DNA of 64,000 nt, taken from the NCBI RefSeq assembly GCF_964355755.1, contig NC_092677.1, positions 5,292,101 through 5,356,100 of the forward strand, given 5' to 3'. A program made the position numbers and the translations under genes. Of the stretch, positions 1 to 12,500 are shown in pieces (position 1 is the first letter of the stretch; every line of letters starts with the position of its first letter). The notes below the pieces were generated by a model. That model made no database searches. It was not told where the DNA came from and worked only from the letters and a program-made list of their open reading frames with translations. This stretch comes from Antedon mediterranea (taxonomy: Eukaryota; Animalia; Echinodermata).

Positions 1-281
1 TTAACACAATATCGCAAAACAGAACACCAATAAGACTGGAAATTGGCACAGCCATTCTTCTTAACCAGAAATAGAAAACATTTTTATAAAATTGTGGTCA
101 GTTGAAGAATTCACTAATTGCATTTTTAAAAATCACAGTAAATACTGCTGCAGGATATTTAACTGTAATGTATATTCATTTAAAACATTGATAGAGGTTT
201 TTCAACGATAAGATGTATTTCCATTGAAATAACTTTGTTTTGATAATTGTTTATAATTGATAATAAATTTGTTGTTAACAG

Positions 282-3200
282 TTATTTCAGAAGATTCAGG
301 ATCATCATATGCCATAATTCTGATTATTTTGTTTGTTGGTTTATTGACATGGTTTCTTCTTCTTGTTTGTAAGTATCATGTACTGTATTACTTAATGTCA
401 CTTTGGAATATCATAAGCCCTTTTTATTTCAGTGAATTTTAATAACAGTATTCACAAATTTGAAACCCTCAACTATGTTAGGGTTACATGGAGTACTATT
501 AGAATGTTTTTATTTAGAATTTTTTATTTAGAATTTTTTATTTTTGGGATTTTGATTATTAATTGTAGTTTGATGAGTAATGAAACGAAATAAATACTGC
601 ATGGACATAGATTACATAATATTTCATAATGATATTGATACAAAGATTGCTTTTACAGTATATTGGTAGACCAATAGGATTTATTTTAATTTAAAAAAAT
701 TTATTTTGTTTTAGATTTTATTTTTTACAAGAACATTGAGTGGAGCAATCAAGATAATGATATAGTGAGAGTTGAAGGTGGTAATCCAGTTGTGATGAGT
801 TTTAAATACCGTCCAAGTATTGCAAGGTTCAAGACTTTTGAAATAAAGAAAGACAACAAGGTGCTTGGTTCAAATCAAAAGCAATTCATTAGTTGTAAAA
901 CAGTCTGTCAGTTTGTCTGTTATTGCTGTCTTTACTTTTTTGGATTTTTTTGTATTGAATACTGCATAAATAAAGGTAAGTTACATATTTTAATTTTGTT
1001 AGTAGGTCATTGTTTCTCAAGTCATCATTTCTGACAGTTCTAAAAGTTAGTAGTCTGATGTTGTTATTATTGATATATAAAAGTTTTTAAATACAGCACT
1101 TTTTTAGTTTATTCTGCTGGGAGAATGATACATTGTTTGTATATCATTTCTGTTCATTATACCTGTACATTAGATGAATATTTTCTTATTTTTATTTAAT
1201 AGTTAAATACAACAATAAAGATAAAAAGAAACATGGAAGGAGGTGAGTTGAGTTTGTAACATTGGTGGGATTTATTTTGATTATTATATTTTAGCTAATT
1301 ACAAATTTTATTGAAAGGTTATGGTTAATAAAAGAGAATGTCCTGGTGATGCATAGGTCTTCTTTGTAGTTTAATATTATTATCTTGTATTGTGTTCCTT
1401 ATAGCAGTGGCAATAGAGGTGGTGAAGAGTATCAGATGATGGTCAATGAAAGACAAGGTCCTGATGGTGCAGAGTTACCTGCTGTTGTAATACAATTACC
1501 TAACAAGGATACAACAACTGACGAAACTGCTGTACAACAACCAACAGCAGCCACTGAATCTGAACAAAGTTCAGAGGTATTGTGAAAATACTAAATCCTT
1601 CATTCCTTGAATTGAAAGTACAAAGATACAAAAAGAAAAAAGACATGTTTGTTTAATAAAGTATTGTGTGTTTTGTGGTGTTTCAAAAAGGAAATTTTGA
1701 CTCCTCCAATTTGATTCCTCTTTGGTACTTAAATTCTGTTTTTTACAATAAAATGTTATCCTTTTTTTTCTAATTAGAGTAAAACCTATTCTTTGGGACA
1801 CCTCTATTCAAGGGCCACCCCAATTAAGGGGATACTTATCTGTGAAATGAATGAGACGCAATTTATTATATTGTAGCACTATGGCCAACCTTATTGTGAG
1901 CCAAATGTGACCCTTATGGGTTTTACTATATTAACAAAATATAATTGTTTTTTTCAAAGACAAATCCTGATGACGAAGATACTGAACTTTTAGCACAACA
2001 TCAAGCAACATCTGATGTTAATACTGAAATTTCTGAAGAGGAAGGTAAACTTTTTTATTATTTTCTAGAATACTTTTTTAGTATTTGGTAGGGGAAATGT
2101 TAACATTTGTTGTCACTATAATGTATTCTCAAAGCTGAGGTTTCCATTTTGAAAAAGTAAATTCGATATTACCTGATACTTTTATTGTCAATATGAACAG
2201 ATTGACTTTAGAATTCTTTTTCAGATGTAATAAAAACATGATGACATTAAAATGTTAAACACATGAGCAAATCAAAAGATATATAATCCTATTTGCACTA
2301 TATATTGTGTACCGGTATATTGAATTATGGGTAGCATTTTAACAAACCTGACCACCTCCAACCTACAATACAAAATATATTAATTAGCTGTAGATGGCAA
2401 GATTTATTGAATATGAGTTCATGATGTGGGATGCGAAATGTTTCTGATATTAAAATTCAATTCTTTCTCTCTGCTCTATTTTTACAAGTCTGAAATCAAA
2501 ATCATTATAATTATATTTTTTTAATCAATTTTGTTTACGTTTTGCTTGATAAATCTCAAACTCAATACTACTGATCAGTAAAGTACTTTTTATGTTTTTT
2601 GTTTAAAAGGATGACATTTCGGCAACAATCATACAGTAAGAATTTATTAACATAAAAGCTTTAGAATGAGGCCTCCTCATTTTTTAAAATAATTTCTCAC
2701 TTCCAATTCTAATCCTATAAATCCTAACAATGCATAGGATATTATTTGATAATGTTTCTTGGGTTTTTAAATTCATTGGCTTTTAACAATCATCAAAAAA
2801 TTAACACGTGAAAGATAATTACAGGCTCTTTTTAATTTATAGACAAACCCTTTTTGCAAATAGAATATTCTCTAGGTTTGCTCAAACAAACATAGAGCAG
2901 AGGGTATGCATGTAGCAGCATCTCAAAACAAGATTTTGTTTATTTGTTTTTAAAAAGTGGTATTCCAATTCAGTGGTTCTTTGTTATATACAGTTTATTT
3001 CTGGCTAAATATTTTAATGAAATGTTAGTTTCTAGGTTTATATATATATATTCAGGTTGAAATTTTCAGACCGTTTGGATAGCTGAGTGCTCAATACTGT
3101 ACCAAGGTAGAGCATAAAACAAATTACTCAATTAAATGGAAAATTATAAAGAAATGCAAACCTTACTCAAATATTAACAAAAGATGTAATTTATGTATAT

Positions 3201-3517
3201 ATGAAAAGTATGTTATTATATGTCAACCAGAGCTATGCTCACTGAACCGTAAGAACGAGTTAGTCTCTACTTGTAGACATAGGAAAAAATTCTTACTAAA
3301 TTGCAGATCCAAACAGTTTATCTAAAACAATAGGCTATTGTATACGACTTCCTGATGACTCACTTTTATTAAGCACTATGAGACAACTGTGTCACTTATG
3401 TTTTATATTTCACCTGAAGAGTGCGGCCAGCTACATGCTGGTCGTACGAAACAAATTTGTAGTGATTAAAACAATGAAGTAACCAAGTTTTCTGCTGTTA
3501 TTTTATTTATATATATA

Positions 3518-3552
<35 letters not shown>

Positions 3553-6500
3553 CCTCTTACATTCTATAACATTTGCAACCATTAATTAAGTACTCTAACA
3601 CTGCCTTTGATTTTTAAGATCTACCTTATTTTTTCCTTTGTTTCTTTGTACTTTTTCATGTAAAAGTTGGGGATACTCATTTCCATTGTATTACAATATT
3701 GTCTACTGTGTAACCTTTACTTATGAAAAAGTAGAATTAAAAATTACCGAACCTGACTAAAGCTGAAACCACAAGAAAAAAAGGCTAGAGGACATCTACA
3801 TGCAATTTATATTAAGATTTTATTTATGTACAGTATTTGTTGCTACTACTCAATTGGATTTTATTTTTAAAAAGCATGTTTCTTAAATATTTTTGCCCTT
3901 CAACAGATTATGTATACTTTTTCTAAGACTAAGTTGTATTGTTGTTGTTTTTATTTTGTTTTAGCAAAAGACTCAAATGAAAGGTAACGGTTTGTGGTAC
4001 TATAGCAATAAAAGCTTATTTAATGTTTTGCTTTAATTGCTTAGATTATTTATGTTGACAATTTAAAACACCAGAATATTATCTATCATCTTATTTACCT
4101 AATCATTTTCTACTTTTATTCTTCTGTTTGTTAGTTACTGTGTAGTACAGCTGTATCTGCCAATATTTGTTTGTTAACTGAAATCTAAATAAAATACACT
4201 ATGTACATCAAGCACCTTTAAACCACAAGCTTCTATTTTGTGTGCTACATCTACAAACACCAACAATGTATTTTGGTTTATAAACATAACTGATTTTGAT
4301 TTGAATTCTGATTCTTAACTTTTTTTTCCCTGCTCTAAAGTTACAATCTTCGTCGCATACTTTGTGATCTTCAATATGCTTAATTTAGTGAATCTTCACT
4401 ATGTGTTTGTTGGAATATTTGCTGCGCTTATTTGTAAATCTTTGGTGAACTTACTTTTCGTAGTATATTGCTTTTTTTATACCACTGTATTTTATACTCC
4501 CACTTTGTGTGGTATAAGATGAATAAATTCCCTTACAATAACCTTTAAATTTTACATTCAATGGTTTAGTATTACCATGTGTTATTGTTTGTTTTAAATT
4601 CTAATTCTTTCTTCATTCTTTCTTTTTTTTTAGATCTGATAAGTACTCAAGTAAGTAACAACCATGATATTTTCTTTTAATATGACATTTACAAAGTGAC
4701 ATTACATTTATTTAAAGCTGATTCCTTCATAAAAATATGAAGTTTGTTTTAAGTAGAATAGAAACTTTCGTGTATATCAACATACCAGTATTTTATTCAT
4801 TGATCTATATACTCCATGGAAATTCACAAAAGCCCATTTTTTTATTGAATGGTGGATATCAAATTAATATTTTACTTTCAACTTGAAGGTAAATCATCTG
4901 CAATTAATATATATTTACTTTTCAGTGTTTACAAATGGAAGAGGAAAAATCAGCCTAACGGTTTCAAATCTCGTGATATCTGATTCAGGAGAGTACAACT
5001 GCAACATAGAGGGCAATAGACAGCAAGATCAAGGTGTCAAAAATGTAACTGTTTATTGTGAGTTTTATAAATGATTCATTTTATTATTTTATTTTTTTTT
5101 AATCACTTCACTCTACCATGTCAGATAAGATTACAATTAAATAATGTATTAAATAATTGTTTAAGTTAAATCAGTTCCATCTTACTTGAATCTTCGGGCT
5201 CTTGATTAAGGCAAATGCCTTTTAAACGCCCTCCATTTCTTCTGTATTTATCTAGAATTGGTAGCAAAATTTATCTCCCATTGCTCTGTCTTTGTTTAGT
5301 TGATCCTTGAATGCATTTATGTTTTCTGCTTGTACTGTAGTGTGGTATAGATTGTTCCATGTGTTGACGATTCTACATGAAAAGGAGTGGCTTCTGATTT
5401 TCAGTCGGGCTCTTGGCTTTCTTAATTTGAATTGATGGCCCCTTGTTCTACTGTCCTCTCTAAAGTCAAAAAAGGTTTCGGCTTCAATATCATCCAAGCC
5501 CTTGATAATTTTAAACACTTGTATAATGTCCGCTCTCCTTCTTCTGTAATTCAGTGTAGGTAATCCAAGCTCTTTTAATCTCTGATCGTAAGATTTATCT
5601 CTTAACTTTTTGACAATTTTAGTGGCCCTACGCTGCACTCTTTCAAGCTTATCCAAATCACCTTTTAGGAGAGGGTACCATATACAGCTTGCGTATTCCA
5701 GATGAGGTCGAATTATACTTTTATAAAGGGGCAGGAACATATCCTTATCCATGTAAGCAAAAGATCGCCTTACCAATCCAATGAGTCTATTTGCTTTATT
5801 TACAGCTTCATTCGTATGTAGTGAAAATTTTAAAGACTGATCAAAAGTAACTCCAAGGTCCTTTTCAGTATTGGCATTTGGCAGATCCTCGTCACCTTCC
5901 TCTGTTGGCATAGTGAATTGCATTTGTGGATTTGAATTTCCATAATGTATTACTTTACATTTATTAATGTTAAATTTCAGCTGCCATCTTTTAGACCAAT
6001 CGGATAATGCCTTGAGATCATTTTGAACAGTATCATTTCTGTTTTCATACACAACATTAAACATCTTAGTGTCATCTGCAAACATCCATACTTTAGATTT
6101 AACTGCATCAGGTAGGTCGTTTATGAAAATGATAAATAATAAAGGGCCTAACACGCTGCCTTGAGGGACTCCGCTTTTAACCGTAGACCATTCAGAAAAT
6201 GCTGCGGCCACTCTAACTCTTTGTCTCCTCGCTGTCAAAAATTGATGTATCCATCTCAGTAGGTTTCCTTTTATTCCGTACGCTTCCAATTTTGTTATTA
6301 ATCTCTGGTGGGGGATAGAATCGAATGCCTTACTAAAATCCAAATATACAGCATCAAAGTTTTCTCCCGCATCCAGCAATTTCGTCCATTCTTCCATCAC
6401 CTCCAGCAATTGTGTGACGCAAGATCTACCTTTCCGAAACCCATGCTGTGCTTTTATAATAAGGTTTCTATCATTTAGAAACTGTATAATTTTGTCTCTC

Positions 6501-9500
6501 ACAATTGATTCCAAAAGTTTGCATACGACAGATGTCAAACTTACTGGCCTGTAGTTTCCAACCTCCGTCTTGTCCCCTTTCTTAAAAATTGGTACTACAT
6601 TTGCACATTTCCAGCACTCCGGTAACTTTCCAGTCGATAGTGATTTGTTGTATATTGACGTCAATGGAGTTGCAACAATTTCTTTAAGTTCCTTCAGTAC
6701 TCTTGGATGCACGTCATCTGGTCCAGCTGATTTATTTGAGTTCATCTGCTGAAGGCATGTAAGCACTTCCTCCTTTGTCACTTCAATTGACTCCAAATGG
6801 TCATCCACGTCAACTCTTGGTGTAACTTCTGGCAATGACTCGAGGTCTTCATTCGTGAATACACTTGTGAAAAATGCGTTGAAAATTTCCGCTTTATGCT
6901 GATTGTCATCAGCCATATTACCCTTTCCATCCTTCACCAATCCAATAGATTGAGTTGTTTTGGTTTTCTCTCTTACATATTTCCAGAAACTTTTAGGATT
7001 TGTTTTTACTTCATTGCAAATTTTCCGCTCCAGTGCAATCTTTGCTGCCCTTTTTTCACCTGTTACTATATTTCTTGCCTTTTTGTAACTGTCATAATCC
7101 TTCTGTTGTCGAGACCTTGTAAACTTTTTCCATGCATTTTGTTTCATTTTAATTTTCCTCTGAACGTCACCAGTCATCCAGATAGGTTTATTTTCTTTTT
7201 TTATGTTTGACTTGGGAATACAGATCTGAACAGCATTTCTTATTGATTTATTTAAAGCTTCACAGGCCTCTTCAACATTTGTATTTTCAAATTGGTAGTC
7301 CACCTCAGTAATCAGTTCTTTCATTTTAATATAGTCACCCTTGTTGAAATTTAGCTTGTATTCCATTTTCTCTTGTATTTTAGTTACACAGTCATATGAA
7401 AACAAGATTGTTACGTGGTCGCTTTTTCCTAATGGTGGACCTATCTCAATTTCACTTATTTTGGTTTCATCCATGGTGATTACTAAGTCGAGTATGTTAG
7501 GTGTTTGACCATCTCGAAATCGTGTTGGTTGCTGTATACACTGGCATAGAAAATTATCTCTAAGGCATTCTATAAACCGATTACTTTTATGTGTTTCATT
7601 TTTATTTGTACTCCAAGAAATCCAATCAATTTCAGGAAAATTGAAATCTCCTAACATGATGAAATCAGAAATACCATTTAGTTCACTTGCTTTGTTGATA
7701 GCAGATAGTAACGCTTGATTTTTTTCGTCAATACTGTTAGGACTTCTGTAAATACATCCGCATAATAGTTGTTGCCTTTTATTTATTTCAATTTTGATCC
7801 ATAGTGCTTCCACAAAATTTAAATTCAGTAATTCGTTACAGATACTGGCATTCAGCTCTTCCTTCGCAAAAATAACCACACCTCTACCACTTCTGCCAGA
7901 ATCAAATTTTGTGTATCCCTTGATGCTTAACTCAACTTCCAATATGTCTGTACAAGTTTTGTTATTTACTTCAGTTATTGCAACCACATCAGGTTTCCTT
8001 TGATTTATAATATCACGTAACTCACCTATTTTATTTCTCAGGGCATCTGCGTTTGTGTAAAGAAATTTCAACGACTTCTCATGAAAATCAACAATATCAT
8101 CGTTTCTTAAACTAGATTTCTTCTGCTTTAATCCTTCTATAAAAGTTTTAAATTTTTTCTTGTCCTCTGAACATTTTTTTTTTCTTATAAATTTTTGTTT
8201 CACTTTTCTTTCTAAGTTAAAATAATTTTCTTCAAAACAAAAAGATTCTATATTTGAAAATTCTTTATGATGATGAACTAGGGCCTCGAAAACGATCAAA
8301 CGCCGGTTCGCTATCCCGCTTCATAATTTTACCTCTTCTTATAACAAGATCAATCTCGCCGTTATCTTTCCTTGATCTTAGTTCCTGTCTTAACTCATAG
8401 TTCATTTGCCTCTCTTTTTTTGATCTATCAGGATTAATATATATGTTCTTTAGAAATGCGTGATCCGTGCTTCTAAGTTTTTTTGCATTTACCATCACTT
8501 CCCTTTTACTTTTCAGGCTATCCAGAGAAACTCTTGCCATTCTACACCCGTCTTCCGTGTATTTCCCAAGCCTGATCACTTCTGTTATTTTAACTCCCTC
8601 TATCTCTAGACACTCATTGAATAATTTCTCAATAGCAACCCTGTCTTCCTTCAGTCTCTGCTGAGAACTTTGGTTATCAGATTCAGGTAGATTTTCGATC
8701 ACAATATTTAATTTACGAGATTCTCTATCTCTATATTCTTCAATGCCTTCCTGAACACTCTCTTTAATTTTCCCATCCATTAGATCGTAGCTCTCTTTTA
8801 ATTCTATCAAATTATTTCTTGTGTCGACCTGGATTTTTTCAATGACTTCAATGTTTTTATTGTTTAGTGATGCTCTAAGCGCCTGATCTTTTTGCGTTTT
8901 TTCCACAATATTTAATCTCGCATTCATATTTTCCATGTGTTACGTTCATAATTTTTATCTATCTAGTGGATAAGTAGTGGCCACCATTCCTTCATCTATG
9001 TAAAATGAATTATAACAATGTAACTTAGCTCTGTTTACACTATCAAACTAGTTTGAAAAAAAAGTGTGATGTTCCAAAATATGGTAGTGATGCTCAAATA
9101 CGGTAGTGATATGACATCATCATGTCCATATATGGGCACATCACATTGTTTTGTAAAGTTTGATAGTGTAGACAAAGCTTAAGAGCAAATTTCATCAGCT
9201 TATATATTTTTTTAAAGGGATTGAGAGGAAAAATCATGAGTACTCAACAGAAGAAGGTATCAATAATTTTGAAATGAAGTGCAGATATGGACCAGCAGAT
9301 ATGCCATTAACAGGTTACAAGTGGAAGAAGATTAGGGAAGATGGCACAACAGAGATTGAGGATTGTTCTAAAGATTCTAGATTTGAAGTAACAAGTTACC
9401 AAAATAGCATTCTGTCTTTGAAGATAAAGAATGTTGTACTTGGTGATGCTGGGATGTATCAATGTGAAGTGAAGCCAGTTGATGGAGAACAAATACTGAA

Positions 9501-12500
9501 AGATACTACACATCTGACAGTGAAGGAAGGTAATTTTATAGAATTAAATGAGAACCTGTTTATTTTTTTTGTATGGTTTAGAAAATGTGTGTGATAGTAA
9601 AGTATATGGTACAGTTGAGAAAATGTTGATGTTTATAATGCCTGATAAAGTGAAGAGATTGCCTACTGTAGTATTTCCAGAAGTTTTTTCTTTAAAGGCC
9701 TATACATGGAATGTTTGTTTATCCTGTGTAATAATATACATATTGATAATCTATTATTTACTAGCAAAATATAATGTAAATTTTGTATTAAGCTGATGAA
9801 TATATTTTTGTTTAAAAACATTTTTTCCTGGAAATGTCTTTTATAGATGTTATCAAAATGGAGATTTCTGATGTTACTATCTATGAGGGTATCAATAGTG
9901 CTACATTGTTGTTAAACATAAAATATGTTGATGATTCTGTTAACATATCAAAAATCACATGGTATAACCTTGTTGAAGGTGAAGAAATTATGTTGCTGAC
10001 ATCAGCTGATTCACGCTATGAATGTGAATATTTGGATTCAAAGAACAGTGTATGTTTTAATATCAACAATGTTGAACCTGAAGATGAAGGAGAGTACATA
10101 TGTGAAGTAGAAGTTAAAGGAAGACAGAAAATATACAGATGTTCTGGAAGGCTAACGGTTAAAGGTAATGTATATGCTGCCAAATTAAAATACCTGGAAT
10201 ACCGGAGGTTGCAAATTCTTGAAATTTAATTGTGAATCCAAATCAAACATACTGTAAATTTGAAGATGTAAACAAAATTTTTCCACACACTTGCTTATAG
10301 CAATACTCATCAACAAATGCATTTCTTAGGTAGTTTTTTTGTTTGAATTCAAATATTTGGTTCAACAGAAATTTATAATTCCCAGCAATGTTTTAACTGT
10401 ATATATGAACTGTTTTATAAGTTGTTTTGTGACTGTGTAATTTGGTAGTAGTCACTCTCATACTGTAGGCCTACATTTAAAAGTAACACATCCAAATGCC
10501 AACTTTAAGTCAATGGCTACCAGATGTCTCTGTGAGACGGTTATCTGAACCAGTACCAGTATTCTGTCATTAATATCTACTGTTTTGAAACTGTGTTCAT
10601 ATTATGGTATCATTACATGAGTTGATTCTTTTTTTATATATAGAAACATTAGGGGCCTATACTCCCAAAAAAAGTAAGCAACTCTTACAAGTTTCAGTTA
10701 CTGTATAATAACAAAAATGTTTGTTTTTAATTAAATTTTGTTTGGACCATTTGTATTTGTAGGTCCTATAAAAATGGATATTCCTGATGTTATAACCAAT
10801 AAAGGTGTGGAATGTGATAAGTTGTTGTTGAAACTTACATATTTTGATAAGTCTGCTGAAATATCTAATATCACATGGTATAAGCAGGTTGAAGGTGAAG
10901 CAAAAGAGCTGACATCATGGCAGTCACCTAATCCAACGTCTGCACAGTCACCTGATCCAAGATCCGCACAGTTACCTGATCCAAGTTCCATACAATCACC
11001 TGATCCAACATCAGTACAGTCACCTGATCCAACATCATCACAGTCACCTTATTTAACATCACACTATGAAATGGGATTTGTGGGTCAGAGCAATGTATAT
11101 CTCAACATCAGGAATGTTGAATTTGAAGATGCAGGAAAGTACACATGTGAAGTGAAAATTGCAGGAAGACGGAAAACATACAGTTGTTCTGGAACTTTAA
11201 CAGTTCAAGGTATATCTAAAAACATTTCTTGGCTGAAATTAAATACTACACTACTAATACAACCTTGGAAGTAATATGTTTAGAAATGGCAAATATGGTG
11301 TTTTCTACAAAAGATTAACAATAATAGTGAAAACTAATTGTATATTCCTACTTTCAGATATGACACTAAATGACTGTCTTGTGACAGTTGAAGATAAAGC
11401 TGTTTTAACTTGCAGGTATCAAATTAAGAATCCAGTAAAAGCTATCAATTGGTATAAGAAGACTTTTGGTGAATACAAGATGATATATACTTCTGATGCA
11501 TTCAATCAAAAGATAGCAAATGTACCAGAAAGATATAAATCAACTTTTAAGGATAATGAAACAAGCTTAGAGTTTGAGCAAGTGTCGGTAACTGATGCTG
11601 GAGAGTACATGTGTAAACTTGAGACTGAGCACTGTACACCCATGACCAAATTAGCAAACTTATCTGTACAATGTAAGTAGATTTTGAAATATTTAATTTT
11701 CCATAAAAACTGATATATTAATGTTGACTGTATTGAGGGGCATTATAGGCTATTTTATACCTATAGACTGGCTATTATAATCAATCAAATAGTATGTAAA
11801 CCATGTGATTTAAATGTATTTATAGTACTTGTTAATAATAAATTTCTCTTGTGCCATTTGGCCATTTATTCACAATATTATACAATCAGTTCAATACATA
11901 AAATTAAGAAGATAGATATTTTTCAAAATGTTTGCTCCATTTACGTTTAATTGCTTCTTTTTGTAATATAATTGAAATGTTATTAATAATGTTGATTTCA
12001 AATATACCCAATTAAAATGACAAATCAGTTTGAAATTTAATGGCTTGACTTGTTATTTTAAAGTAAGTAAGTCAAGTTTGCTGACACCTATACATTAATA
12101 TGTTTTGTTTTGTAGTTGATGTGTTTACTGGAGTTGATGAACTAGGTAACACATACAGGTAATTGCCTTAATATTTATTACCATCATGATTCGAAAAATC
12201 AAGACATTTAAAACTGCATGATTGGTTTGTTGATATCCATTCAATTGTTAGGTTTTTTTTTGTTATACTTCACAAGACTTTTTATTTCCCATTTTCAATC
12301 TTTTTTTTCCCTTGTTTTATAGACACCCTGCGGTAGTCTTTTTGAATTCCCATTTACTTGTCTTTTGTGTGAAAAACAACTCGGATGTAATAATGAGAAG
12401 AGGAAAGATGAACAAGAAGAGTTTGATTGAATGGGAAGAATCAAGAGTTATTTTACGTGAAAAAGATACTAGGTATTAGATAATGAAAATATTAATCTAA

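Larger units (their letters stand above)
5181..8936 (-). mobile_element. CR1-clade LINE, 5'-truncated in ORF1, inserted in an A1 intron
   Basis: Absent from the A2 site (36291-36310, tcagTTCCATgtgtt). TTCCAT occurs at both junctions (5175-5180 and 8931-8936). The 3' UTR has the hairpin aaggca-aa-tgcctt. Confidence 0.92.

Noticed and set aside
2610-2635. Possible extra microexon in gene A
   Set aside because: It introduces a TGA in the required phase, is not needed for frame, and has no clear counterpart in A3.
3345-3395. Second hammerhead (CTGATGA..ctca/tgag)
   Set aside because: The GAAA core is missing; at best degenerate.
6570-8664. Short plus-strand ORFs within the LINE
   Set aside because: Antisense to CR1 ORF1/ORF2 with no independent features.
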